In this document: piece after piece, positions 24,110 to 32,486 of the stretch
Layout: every line of letters starts with the position of its first letter
Position numbering within the stretch: position 1 is the stretch's first letter
Source: Acidobacteriota bacterium
GTDB lineage: Bacteria > Acidobacteriota > Vicinamibacteria > Vicinamibacterales > SCN-69-37
Assembly (NCBI GenBank): GCA_020853395.1
Contig: JADYYY010000002.1
Location: 20,609-84,608, forward strand
DNA length: 64,000 nucleotides
Direction: 5' to 3'
Made by a program: the position numbers and the translations under genes
The notes under the pieces: generated by a model
What the model was told of the DNA's origin: nothing
Databases searched by the model: none
What the model saw: the letters and a program-made list of their open reading frames with translations, nothing else

Positions 24110-25765
24110 TCAGCGCGGCGCGCCTGCTGGTGGCCAGCCAACGATCTCGAACAGCCACTCGTCCTCGTTCTGCACGATCGGGCGCAGGTAGGGCGCGTAT
24201 CGCTGGATGCGCGCGGCGATCTCCTCCCGGCCGCCGTTGCGGTAGTAATCGATGTGCCAGAGCACGTACCGCACCTGCCGCTCGTGCATGATCGCGAACG
24301 ACGCGGGATCCGGGAAGAAGTTGATCGGCCGGGCGATCGCGTCGAAGTCGGGCGGCACGAGGTCGCTGTAGCCGTTGACCATCGGCTGCCAGTGATAGGT
24401 GGACCAGTACATCGCGCTGCCGTGGTTGTGGTAGTTCGAACGCACGTACGGGAACGGGAACTCGACGAAGACGCCGCGGGGACGCTGGGCCACGGTCTGA
24501 TACGCCACCGATGGCGGCGTCGTCGTGCGGAGCGGCCATGAGGGCCAGCCCCAGTCGGTCTTGACCGCGAGCTCCGCGGCGAGCACGACGACGAGCAGGG
24601 CGCCAACCCAGGGCCGGCGGCGGCTCAGCGATGCGACGCCGAACCCGGCGAGCACGCTCAATCCGAGGACGACGATCACGCCGAAGCGCGCGGGCGCGCG
24701 CAGCAACGACGCGCCCGGCACGAGCATCACCAGCCGGTAGAAGCCCGCGTCCGGTCCGAACGACGCCCAGAGCCCAGCGAACGTCACGGCCAGATACGCC
24801 CAGAGGAGCCGGCGGGTGGACGGCGCGCGCCGCAGCGCCGCGACGCCGGCCGCGGCGAGTGCCAGAACGCCGATCCCGGGGAACAGCGCGTCGATCCAGG
24901 GGCGCCACGCGTGCAGCGCCGGCATCCACCAGTGATGCGCGAACGCTCCCGACGCGAGATAGGACGAGAGGTTCGCGGACCAGCCGCGCGCCTCTTCCGC
25001 CGACCGCGCGAGGTCCACGGCGCCCGACGCCGCACGCGCGCGTTCGTACACGCGGAGCACCGGCCAGAGCAACAGCGCGGCGGACACGACGGCGATGCCG
25101 AGCGAGGCCCAGTACCGCGGCGCGCGTTGCGCCAGCCCGAGCATCACGATCGCGAGCGCGACGCCGCCGTAGATGCCGTAGTAGCCGGACGCGAGCGCGG
25201 CGAGCGCGAGCGCGGCGCCGAGCACGCACCCGCGAAAGACGCCGGGCCGGTCGGCGAGCCGGTGGCCGGCCACGAGGAGCAGCGGTAGCACGAAGATCAT
25301 CAGCAACTGCACGTGAGGCGTGCGGGCCGACACGTAGGGCGAGAACGTGAAGGCCACGCCAGCGACGAGGCCGGCAGGCTCCGATGCGGTCAGCCGACGG
25401 ACGAGCGCGGCCATCGCGACGAACGACAAGAGCAGCGCGGTGGCGACCGAGCCGTTCAGAGCGGCGAGCGCGCTGCCGGTGGCGGCGTACCAGGGCCACC
25501 CGAGCACGCCGGCGACGAGGTTCAGCTCCGAGTACGCGAGCGTGCCCCGGTGCGGATAAAAGATGTTGGCGTCGAGCAGCGTGCGCGGGTCGGTCGAGAG
25601 CGCGTGCCCGATCCAGCCGACGTTCCAGATGCTGAACATCCCGTCGTTCGTGTCGAGCCGGCCAACCGTGGTGGCGCGCGGCACCGTCGGGTAGGTCATG
25701 ACGAGCACGAGCGCCGCGCCGACGAGGAGGGCGCGGACGTGCGGCGCCCAGCCCGTCGGGGTCAT
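24110..25765 (-). CDS. Polytopic membrane protein, GT-C-like (putative periplasmic-face glycosyltransferase)
   Basis: 551 aa. At least 10 TM helices and a C-terminal soluble part (YWSTYHWQPMVNGYSDLVPP). ATGA overlap with the upstream gene. Confidence 0.6.
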   Translation of the reverse strand: MTPTGWAPHVRALLVGAALVLVMTYPTVPRATTVGRLDTNDGMFSIWNVGWIGHALSTDPRTLLDANIFYPHRGTLAYSELNLVAGVLGWPWYAATGSALAALNGSVATALLLSFVAMAALVRRLTASEPAGLVAGVAFTFSPYVSARTPHVQLLMIFVLPLLLVAGHRLADRPGVFRGCVLGAALALAALASGYYGIYGGVALAIVMLGLAQRAPRYWASLGIAVVSAALLLWPVLRVYERARAASGAVDLARSAEEARGWSANLSSYLASGAFAHHWWMPALHAWRPWIDALFPGIGVLALAAAGVAALRRAPSTRRLLWAYLAVTFAGLWASFGPDAGFYRLVMLVPGASLLRAPARFGVIVVLGLSVLAGFGVASLSRRRPWVGALLVVVLAAELAVKTDWGWPSWPLRTTTPPSVAYQTVAQRPRGVFVEFPFPYVRSNYHNHGSAMYWSTYHWQPMVNGYSDLVPPDFDAIARPINFFPDPASFAIMHERQVRYVLWHIDYYRNGGREEIAARIQRYAPYLRPIVQNEDEWLFEIVGWPPAGAPR

Positions 25766-26781
25766 CGTCGCAGCGACCGCAGTGCGGTGAGGCGTCCGGC
25801 GGGCGTGCCGGGAGCAGGCGAGCTCGCCGGCGGCAGCTCGTAGCTCGCGGCGATGGCGGCGAGGAACGTGTCGGCGAGCACCTGGTTGCCGGCCACCGTG
25901 GTGTGGAGGCCATCGGTGCCGATCAGCGTCTCCTTCATTGGTGCGACCGCCGCGTACGTGTCGACCAGAACCGCGTGCTCGGCCGCTGCCCAGCCGCGGA
26001 TGCGTTCGTTCAGCGTCTCGATGCTGCCCGGCGCGGCGAACGCGCGGAACCGGCCCGGCACCTGCGGCGTGACCGTGGCGATGAAGACGGCGCCGACGCC
26101 TTCGTCGAACGCGCGGCGCACGTTGTCGCGGAGCGCGTCCGACACGAGCTCCGGCGCAATCTGCGCGCCGAGGTCGTTCGTGCCCTGCATCATGAGCAAC
26201 GCGTCGGGATGCTGACTCCGGATTTCCGAGACGAGCCGTCCGCTGCTGCAGCTCGCGCGCTCCGGCGGGCAGGTCACGAACTCGCCGCCGAGCCCCGCGT
26301 TGACCACGACGGGCGTCTGGAGCGCATACCGGCTCCGCAGCGCGTTCTGAAGCAGCGACGGATACGAGTCTTCCGGCCGGAAGACCATCACGCGATAGCC
26401 CGATGGTTCGCCGGTCTCACCTGACGTGATGCTGTCGCCGAAGGCGAGAAACCTCACGCCCTTGAGCTTCGGCGCGAGCTTCACCGTCACCTGGAACGAG
26501 CACTGCGTCGTCCGCGCGGCCCCATCGGTCGCCAGGCAGAGGACGTTGGTCGTCCCGAGCGGCACCGTCGAGCCCGACGGCACGGAGCACGCCGTGGTGA
26601 CGGGCGGGCGGCCGTCGGTGACGGTCGGCGCCGCGTAGTTCACCTCGACGCTCGAAGCGTCCGTATCGATCGTGAAGCTCGCCGGGCAACTGATCTGCGG
26701 CGGGTTCTCGAGCGACGGCACCGGTCCGGGCGCCGAGGGGCTCTTGTGGCATCCCGCCGCGACGAGCACCGGAAGCGCCAT
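25762..26781 (-). CDS. Lipoprotein: HYR (hyalin-repeat) domain fused to SGNH/GDSL hydrolase
   Basis: 339 aa from ATG 26781. Short signal with lipobox LVAAGC|H. HYR-like segment CPASFTID...VNYAAPTVTDG...CSVPSGSTVPLGTTNVLCLATDGAARTTQCSFQVTV. SGNH block I FLAFGDSITSGE. Confidence 0.7.
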   Translation of the reverse strand: MALPVLVAAGCHKSPSAPGPVPSLENPPQISCPASFTIDTDASSVEVNYAAPTVTDGRPPVTTACSVPSGSTVPLGTTNVLCLATDGAARTTQCSFQVTVKLAPKLKGVRFLAFGDSITSGETGEPSGYRVMVFRPEDSYPSLLQNALRSRYALQTPVVVNAGLGGEFVTCPPERASCSSGRLVSEIRSQHPDALLMMQGTNDLGAQIAPELVSDALRDNVRRAFDEGVGAVFIATVTPQVPGRFRAFAAPGSIETLNERIRGWAAAEHAVLVDTYAAVAPMKETLIGTDGLHTTVAGNQVLADTFLAAIAASYELPPASSPAPGTPAGRLTALRSLRR

Positions 26782-26917
26782 GACGAGCCAGACAGGAACG
26801 CCGCCGGGCGTTCGCGGGCGGGTCGGGGAGGGCGACGACAAGCGGCTCAACCTTACCGACGAGGCTGCGCGCGCGTCAAGGCGCCGGCGCCGGTCCGGCG
26901 GCACGCCCCCGTCAGGG

Positions 26918-28810
26918 TCATCGGACGATGATCGGTTCGACACGAACGCCGAGATAGCGCCGATCGGTCGACGCCGGATCGACGAGCGCGGGCACGAAGC
27001 CCGCCGTGCTGGACACCGACGCGACCCAGACGTACGTCGGCGCGCCGTACCGGCGGTACGGGAAGGGCGTGCCCAGATCCATCTGTACGGCCGTCGAGGC
27101 GTTCGCGGCGAGATCGACGCGTGCGAGGCGGCCGCCGATCCGCACCGCGGCCGTCGTCGGCACCGCACCGGACGAGATCGTGATTTGGAGCCGCGAGTAC
27201 GGCTTGTCGCTCTTGATGAGCAGCTCCGCCCGCGACGCACCTCGAGTCCAGAAGCTGCGGCGATCGGCCTCCTGCAGGTAGGCGTTGTCGTCCAGGTAGT
27301 AGATCTGAAAGCCCGGGTTGCCGCGATCCGTCTCGCCGTACCAGATCCGCACGCGCGACACGTCGGTGTTGATCGGCAGGTCGTTCACGTTCGTCAGCTC
27401 GATCGGCAGCAGCCGGAAGAGGCCCGCTTTCGCATGGTCGGCCGGCCGAATCGACGTGTGAAACGGATCGAGCACGAGCTTGCCCATGAACAGCCCGCCG
27501 ATGAGCCACGGCGCGGTGGCCGCCGCCAGCGAGCCGCTCGCCGGCAGCACGAAGAGCGCGAGCCCATACGGCCCGACGAAGTACCGGTTCCCGACGGATC
27601 CTCCCCCGCCGAAGTACGTGTACGGCTGGGTGATCACGAAGAGCGCGAGCTGCCCCAGCATGCCGGCCAGCACGAGCCATTGCCACACCGGACGGCCGCG
27701 CGGCCGGAAGGCGCAGGCCAGCACACCGGCGAGCGCAGGGAAGAAATACGCGAACAGCCCGGAGTACCGGCCGACGAGGACGTACAGGCCGTTGGCGCGG
27801 AGGTTGGTCCAGAAGCCCTCCGGATCGAAGATGACGTCGCCGAGCCCCTCGTCGCGGCCGCGCGGATCGCAGACGTCGATCCCCGCTGCCGTCGACTGGA
27901 ACGGATATTGGCCGTAGCAGGTCACCCGCTCGCCGCCCTGATAGTTCCAGTCGCCGCTGATCGCCACGTTCGCGCCGAAGAAGAGCAACGTCACCGCCCC
28001 CCAGGCCACGCCGGCCGCCAGCGCGCGCCGCCAGGCTCGCTCGGCGAGGAGTCCGATGCCGAACGGGACGAGCAGCAGCACGTTGGTCACCTTGGAGAAC
28101 GTGAGCACGCCGATGACCGCCGCCGCGAGCAGATCGGTCCACCACGCGCGCAGCCATGCGGTGCCGCGGCCAGAAGCTCGCGGCGCGACGTGCTTGTAGA
28201 GCCACAGGAAGCCGGTCGCCACCGTGAGCGCGAAGTTGAACAGCTCCGGGGCGATCCAGACGAAGTACACCGGCACGACCGTGGCGAACACGAACGCCGC
28301 GCCGAGCAGCAGGCCGGCTGCCGTGCCGGCTCGCGCGCTCAGAAAGGCATACGCCAAGAGAAACGAAGCCGTCAGCAGCAGCGCGTTCAGCACGAGAAAC
28401 CCCTTCGTGCCGAAGATCCAGACGAACGGCGCGGCGGCCAGCGGATAGGCGAACGACTTGCCGAAGTACAGGCGTGACGTGTTCGGATCGGGATGCCCGA
28501 CGATCCTGAAGAACGGCGGACGCGCGTCGAGCCGGAATCCGGTCGGCGTCACGCCGCGCTTCAGGAAGATGCCGGACGGGCCTGACGGAAACTCGCGATA
28601 CGTGCGGACGAGATCCTCGCGCCGGTACTCCAGGTCGCCATCGGCGGCGAGGCTGTGACCCGCCAGGTAATAGGTCGCTTCGTCGCTCTGGATCCCGATG
28701 GCGGCCGACGGGAAATCGACTGTCGCCGCGAGACCGCCGTAGAGCGCGAGGACGACGAGCGCTGCCGCCAGACCCGACCGCCGGCGCGCCGATCCGCTGG
28801 CGGGCATCAC
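26918..28810 (-). CDS. GT-C family membrane glycosyltransferase (ArnT/PMT_2-like)
   Basis: 630 aa (GTG 28810 or ATG 28807). First-loop acidic motif IQSDEATYYL, about 11 TM helices and a beta-rich C-terminal domain. Confidence 0.7.
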   Translation of the reverse strand: MMPASGSARRRSGLAAALVVLALYGGLAATVDFPSAAIGIQSDEATYYLAGHSLAADGDLEYRREDLVRTYREFPSGPSGIFLKRGVTPTGFRLDARPPFFRIVGHPDPNTSRLYFGKSFAYPLAAAPFVWIFGTKGFLVLNALLLTASFLLAYAFLSARAGTAAGLLLGAAFVFATVVPVYFVWIAPELFNFALTVATGFLWLYKHVAPRASGRGTAWLRAWWTDLLAAAVIGVLTFSKVTNVLLLVPFGIGLLAERAWRRALAAGVAWGAVTLLFFGANVAISGDWNYQGGERVTCYGQYPFQSTAAGIDVCDPRGRDEGLGDVIFDPEGFWTNLRANGLYVLVGRYSGLFAYFFPALAGVLACAFRPRGRPVWQWLVLAGMLGQLALFVITQPYTYFGGGGSVGNRYFVGPYGLALFVLPASGSLAAATAPWLIGGLFMGKLVLDPFHTSIRPADHAKAGLFRLLPIELTNVNDLPINTDVSRVRIWYGETDRGNPGFQIYYLDDNAYLQEADRRSFWTRGASRAELLIKSDKPYSRLQITISSGAVPTTAAVRIGGRLARVDLAANASTAVQMDLGTPFPYRRYGAPTYVWVASVSSTAGFVPALVDPASTDRRYLGVRVEPIIVR

Positions 28811-30036
28811 CGGATGGGCGGCTCGGTCAGGAACGCCATGTCCTTCGACTCGGCGATCCGCCGGTGCCGCGCCCGCGACTCACGGTGCAGCAGATCGTAG
28901 AGCCGTTCCATCTTGCGGACGAACGCGGTGATGTCATAAGCGGACGCGCTTCGACGCGCGGCGTGCCCGAGCGCCTGCCGCCGCTCGGGTGCATCCGCCA
29001 GCTCGATGATGCGGGCCGCGAGCGCCGCGGCATCGCGGCGCGGGACGATGACGGCGTTGGCGCCATCGACGAGCACTTCCGCGAGGCCGTCGGCGTCGGT
29101 CGCGACGATGGGCCGCGCGGCGGCGAGGGCTTCGAAGACCGTCAGCGGCGTGCCCTCCCAGAGCGACGGGAACACGGCGAGGTCGAATGCCCACAGCACG
29201 GCCGCCACGTCGCGAACGAACCCCGCGAAGCGAAATCGTTCGCCCAGCCCGAGGGCGCGCACGCGCGCCTCGAGCGACGCCCGGAGCGGTCCCTCCCCGA
29301 AGACGATGAAGCGGGCCTGGGGCCGCGCGTCGATCACCTGGCGCGCTGCGTCGACGAGGTACTCGTTGCCCTTCGACTCGTGCAGGCGCGTGACGGACCC
29401 GACGAGGAAGTCGCTCGGCGCGACGCCCAGCGAGCGCCGCGTTTCCGCGATCTGGTCGGCCGACCGCGGTGGGCCGAACTCCTCGACCGGAGCGCCGAGA
29501 TAGACGACGCGCACGCGTTCGGGCCGGACGAGCCGTGCCTCCGTGACGAACGTGGCCGTGCTGCGCGAGACCGCGATCGCGACGTCGGTCACCGGCTCGA
29601 GCATCCGATCGGCCACCTTCTGGAACCAGGGCGTCGCGGTCAGATTCGCGTGCTCGTGGAGCACGACGGGCAGGCCGACGATCGCCGCAGCCAGCCGGCC
29701 GAACGTCGTCGCGCCGTAGCCGTGCAGGTGCAACACGTCGGCGCGCTTCGCGCGGATCACCCGCAGCAGCGCCGGGAGCGTCGTCGGATCGAATCGCGAC
29801 TTGCCGAGATAGGTGATGTCGATGCCGAGCGCGTCGAGCGTCTCTTCCGACAGGTCGCGGCGGCGGAGGCTGACGAGCGAGACGCGGTACCTGGAGGCGT
29901 CGAACCGCGGGATCATCCAGGCGAACAGCCGCTTGACGCCGTGCATCCGCGACCCCTCCCACCCCAGGTGATCGCAGACCTGCAGGATGTTCAGCGGACG
30001 AGGGCTTGGACTGGCGTCTGAGACCACGGTGGGCAA
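28807..30036 (-). CDS. Glycosyltransferase family 4
   Basis: 409 aa from TTG 30036 (alternative GTG 30027). Motifs LNILQVCDHLGWEG, SLWEGTPLTVFEALAAARPIVATDADG. Confidence 0.85.
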   Translation of the reverse strand: MPTVVSDASPSPRPLNILQVCDHLGWEGSRMHGVKRLFAWMIPRFDASRYRVSLVSLRRRDLSEETLDALGIDITYLGKSRFDPTTLPALLRVIRAKRADVLHLHGYGATTFGRLAAAIVGLPVVLHEHANLTATPWFQKVADRMLEPVTDVAIAVSRSTATFVTEARLVRPERVRVVYLGAPVEEFGPPRSADQIAETRRSLGVAPSDFLVGSVTRLHESKGNEYLVDAARQVIDARPQARFIVFGEGPLRASLEARVRALGLGERFRFAGFVRDVAAVLWAFDLAVFPSLWEGTPLTVFEALAAARPIVATDADGLAEVLVDGANAVIVPRRDAAALAARIIELADAPERRQALGHAARRSASAYDITAFVRKMERLYDLLHRESRARHRRIAESKDMAFLTEPPIR

Positions 30037-30210
30037 TGGCTGCGCCTCACGCGTGCGATCGGCAGCCGGAACGACGGGACATGTTAGTGGCTCGCGCGCG
30101 GCCGGTCAAACACGGCACCGAACGCTAAAGTGTGTAGGCCAAGGGCTCGATAGAGACAGGAAGGGAGTGCAGACGCCGCCGGGACCTGGCCCGGGGCGGT
30201 CTGGAACGAT

Positions 30211-31344
30211 ATGCGTCGCACTTCAGGCCTTCTCGTCGTGTTCGCGGGCACCCTGCTCGCCCTCAACTGCGAGGTCACCAAGAGCAGCAATCCGCTGAGC
30301 CCGGTCGTCGCTGGCCCGATGGCCGGCATCGGGGTCAGCTATCCGGGCATGCTCTCGCCAGGAGCCGGCGCCAAGATTCGGGATCGCGAGCAGCCGATCA
30401 CGCTGGTCGTCGGCAGCGCGGACACGAACTCCCCGCGCACCATGTTCCTGCAGGTGCAGCTCGCCACGGACGCCGGGTTCAAGTCGATCGTGTTCTCGCG
30501 CAACGGTGTGCCGTTTGGCGCCGACGGCCAGACCAAAGTCTCGCTCGGCGACCGGCTGCCCGCGGGCCGCACGTACTACTGGCGCACGAACGCGACCGAC
30601 GGGGCCAACGAGAGCGGCTGGTCCGACCCGAACAGCTTCGAGATCATGCAGCCGATCACGCTGGGGATCCCGACGCCAGTCTCCCCCATCAACAACATCG
30701 TCACGCTCAGCGAGGGGCCGACGCTGACGGTCACGAACGGCACGGCCTCGGGCCCGACCGGGTCGATCCTCTATCACTTTCAGGTGAGCGAGTCCCAGAC
30801 GTTCAGCTCGCTCGCGGTGAACGGCCTGTCCTCCCAGGCCAGCGGCACGACGACGTTCGGGACGCTGCTGCAATTCGGCAAGTCGTACTTCTGGCGTGCG
30901 CGGATGCTCGCCGACGACAACACCGCCGGTGCCTGGTCGTCGGTCGCCACGTTCCGCACCCCCGACAAGGCTGCGAGCCCGTCGCCTTCGCCGAGCCCGT
31001 CTCCCTCGCCCGGCAATTGCTCGGCGATGAAGGACCCGCTCGACATCATCCAGTGCTACCGGGACCTGTACCCCACGCACATGGCGGCTGACCAGGCGGT
31101 CTCGTTCATGAAGAGCGTCGCGCACCAGTTCAACGTGGCCGGTGTCTCGAGCGGCGGCGTCGGGGCGTTCGGGGCGCTGCGCAAGGCGAGCGGCAACAAC
31201 TGCAACGGCTACTCCTGCGACGTGCTCTGCGCCGGTCAGGGCAGCAGCCAGAAGCAGTGGGACATCCTCGTGGACGAGAAATGGGCGACGTGGGGCAGCC
31301 CGATTCCTGGCGCGATTCGAATCGACGTCTGCGACATTCAGTGA
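30211..31344 (+). CDS. Lipoprotein A1: two FN3/Ig-like modules + (SP)6 linker + Cys-containing C-terminal domain, function unknown
   Basis: 377 aa. Signal peptide with atypical lipobox LLALNC|E and post-lipobox SSNPLSP. Two tandem modules of about 95 aa end in YYWRTNA..GWSD..F and YFWRARM..AWSS..FRTP. Linker ASPSPSPSPSPSPG. C-terminal segment NNCNGYSCDVLC...VCDIQ. Confidence 0.8.
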   Translation: MRRTSGLLVVFAGTLLALNCEVTKSSNPLSPVVAGPMAGIGVSYPGMLSPGAGAKIRDREQPITLVVGSADTNSPRTMFLQVQLATDAGFKSIVFSRNGVPFGADGQTKVSLGDRLPAGRTYYWRTNATDGANESGWSDPNSFEIMQPITLGIPTPVSPINNIVTLSEGPTLTVTNGTASGPTGSILYHFQVSESQTFSSLAVNGLSSQASGTTTFGTLLQFGKSYFWRARMLADDNTAGAWSSVATFRTPDKAASPSPSPSPSPSPGNCSAMKDPLDIIQCYRDLYPTHMAADQAVSFMKSVAHQFNVAGVSSGGVGAFGALRKASGNNCNGYSCDVLCAGQGSSQKQWDILVDEKWATWGSPIPGAIRIDVCDIQ

Positions 31345-31365
31345 ATCGGCGAGCGGTGGTCGTGA

Positions 31366-31419
31366 AGTTGTGAGTGGTGAGCTCCGGGGTCACCAGCCCG
31401 GGCTCGCCAACTCACAACT
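31366..31419 (+). terminator. Long imperfect hairpin directly after the A1 stop codon
   Basis: The arm AGTTGTGAGTGGTGAGCTCCGGGG pairs with CCCGGGCTCGCCAACTCACAACT across the loop TCACCAG. About 22 pairs with two small bulges. There is no clear U-tract. Confidence 0.5.
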
Positions 31420-31567
31420 GCAGTTGCCGCCGCGCTCCCCTGCTCAGCAGCGCCGGCGGACGCTACGCCACCCAGGAACAGTGGGACGTCCCGCTGGACG
31501 AGCGGCCGGCGGCGCCCACCCGATTCCTGGCGCGATGCGGGCCGCCCCTGAGACATCCCGTGAATCG
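31416..31567 (+). pseudogene. Decayed, frameshifted duplicate of the last ~150 nt of gene A1
   Basis: 31416-31567 aligns with 31198-31348. Both start AACTGCA. Shared blocks are CAGTGGGAC.TCC...TGGACGAG, an 18/18 identical CCCGATTCCTGGCGCGAT, and GA.ACAT.C.GTGAATCG. Indels break the reading frame. Confidence 0.55.
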
Positions 31568-31576
31568 TGCTTCGGT

Positions 31577-32314
31577 TCAGAATCGCAGCCGGACGCCGCC
31601 GCCGATCTGAAAGCCGCCGACCTTGATCTTCGTGTCGCCCGGCAGCGAGCCGGACGCGCGCTGGTAGCGCAGCAGGACGCCGACGTCCACGCGCTCCGTC
31701 AGGTCGTACTTCAGGTCCAGGCCCACTTGCACGCCGACGAGCGTCTTGCTGACCCGGCCCACGTGGGAATCGAGCTCCGGCGTGTCGCCCGGCTCGCTCA
31801 CGTCGATCGAGGACACGAGATCCTCCTGGACGCGCACCGCCGCGGGGCCGGCGAACGCCTGTGCCGTGACCTGGTTGTCCAGGAGCCTGATCGGCAGGTC
31901 GTACAGGACCACACCGCCGATCCACAGCTCGCGGTGAACGAGCGAGGGGACGTTTCCGGTGATCGCGCGCGGCGAATCGAACCGAATCGGATCCGGCAGG
32001 TCGGCGGTCAACCGGCCGTCGGACGTCGACGAGCCGCCGTTCACGTTCACGCCGACCGACCACGGCCCGCGCAGCGGAATTCCGCCCGTGACGTCGAACA
32101 CGATCCCGCCCGTTCCGCGCGTGACCGACAGGGTTGCGGGCTCGTTGTACAGGTCGAACGCCAGCCGCGTCGTGACGTCCGGCGAGCCTGTCTGCACCGC
32201 CACGTTCGCGTTCACGAACACGCGAGCCGTTGTCGGCGTCGCCTGCGCCGCCGCGCTCGTTGCGCCGGCGACCAGCAGTCCCAGGCTCCACACCAGTCCC
32301 ACTCCTCGTTTCAT
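31577..32314 (-). CDS. Small outer-membrane beta-barrel protein (barrel A), paralog of 43086..43820
   Basis: 245 aa. Signal LLVAGATSAAAQ|A, amphipathic strands and C-terminus GGFQIGGGVRLRF. Shares LPDP..FD....TG.V.SLVH.E.W with barrel B. Confidence 0.8.
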   Translation of the reverse strand: MKRGVGLVWSLGLLVAGATSAAAQATPTTARVFVNANVAVQTGSPDVTTRLAFDLYNEPATLSVTRGTGGIVFDVTGGIPLRGPWSVGVNVNGGSSTSDGRLTADLPDPIRFDSPRAITGNVPSLVHRELWIGGVVLYDLPIRLLDNQVTAQAFAGPAAVRVQEDLVSSIDVSEPGDTPELDSHVGRVSKTLVGVQVGLDLKYDLTERVDVGVLLRYQRASGSLPGDTKIKVGGFQIGGGVRLRF

Positions 32315-32486
32315 CCAATCCCCCTCGAGCGATCGCGCACGTCAGCGACGATGGTTCAGCCGCGCGGCGATCGTCTCTCTGGCGCGCGGGAACGAACGCG
32401 CCGCATTGTATGATAGGCGCGCGTTTGGAGAACGCCGGTGCGCCACGAAATCGACGCGCTGCGCAAGTTGAACGGGAGCACGTTGC

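Noticed and set aside
31198-31567. A diversity-generating retroelement (the 3' end of a target gene as the variable repeat, plus a nearby template repeat).
   Set aside because: The geometry is suggestive. However, mismatches between the two copies involve all four bases rather than adenine-specific substitutions. There are indels and a frameshift, identity is low, and no reverse transcriptase is nearby. A decayed duplication is the better explanation.
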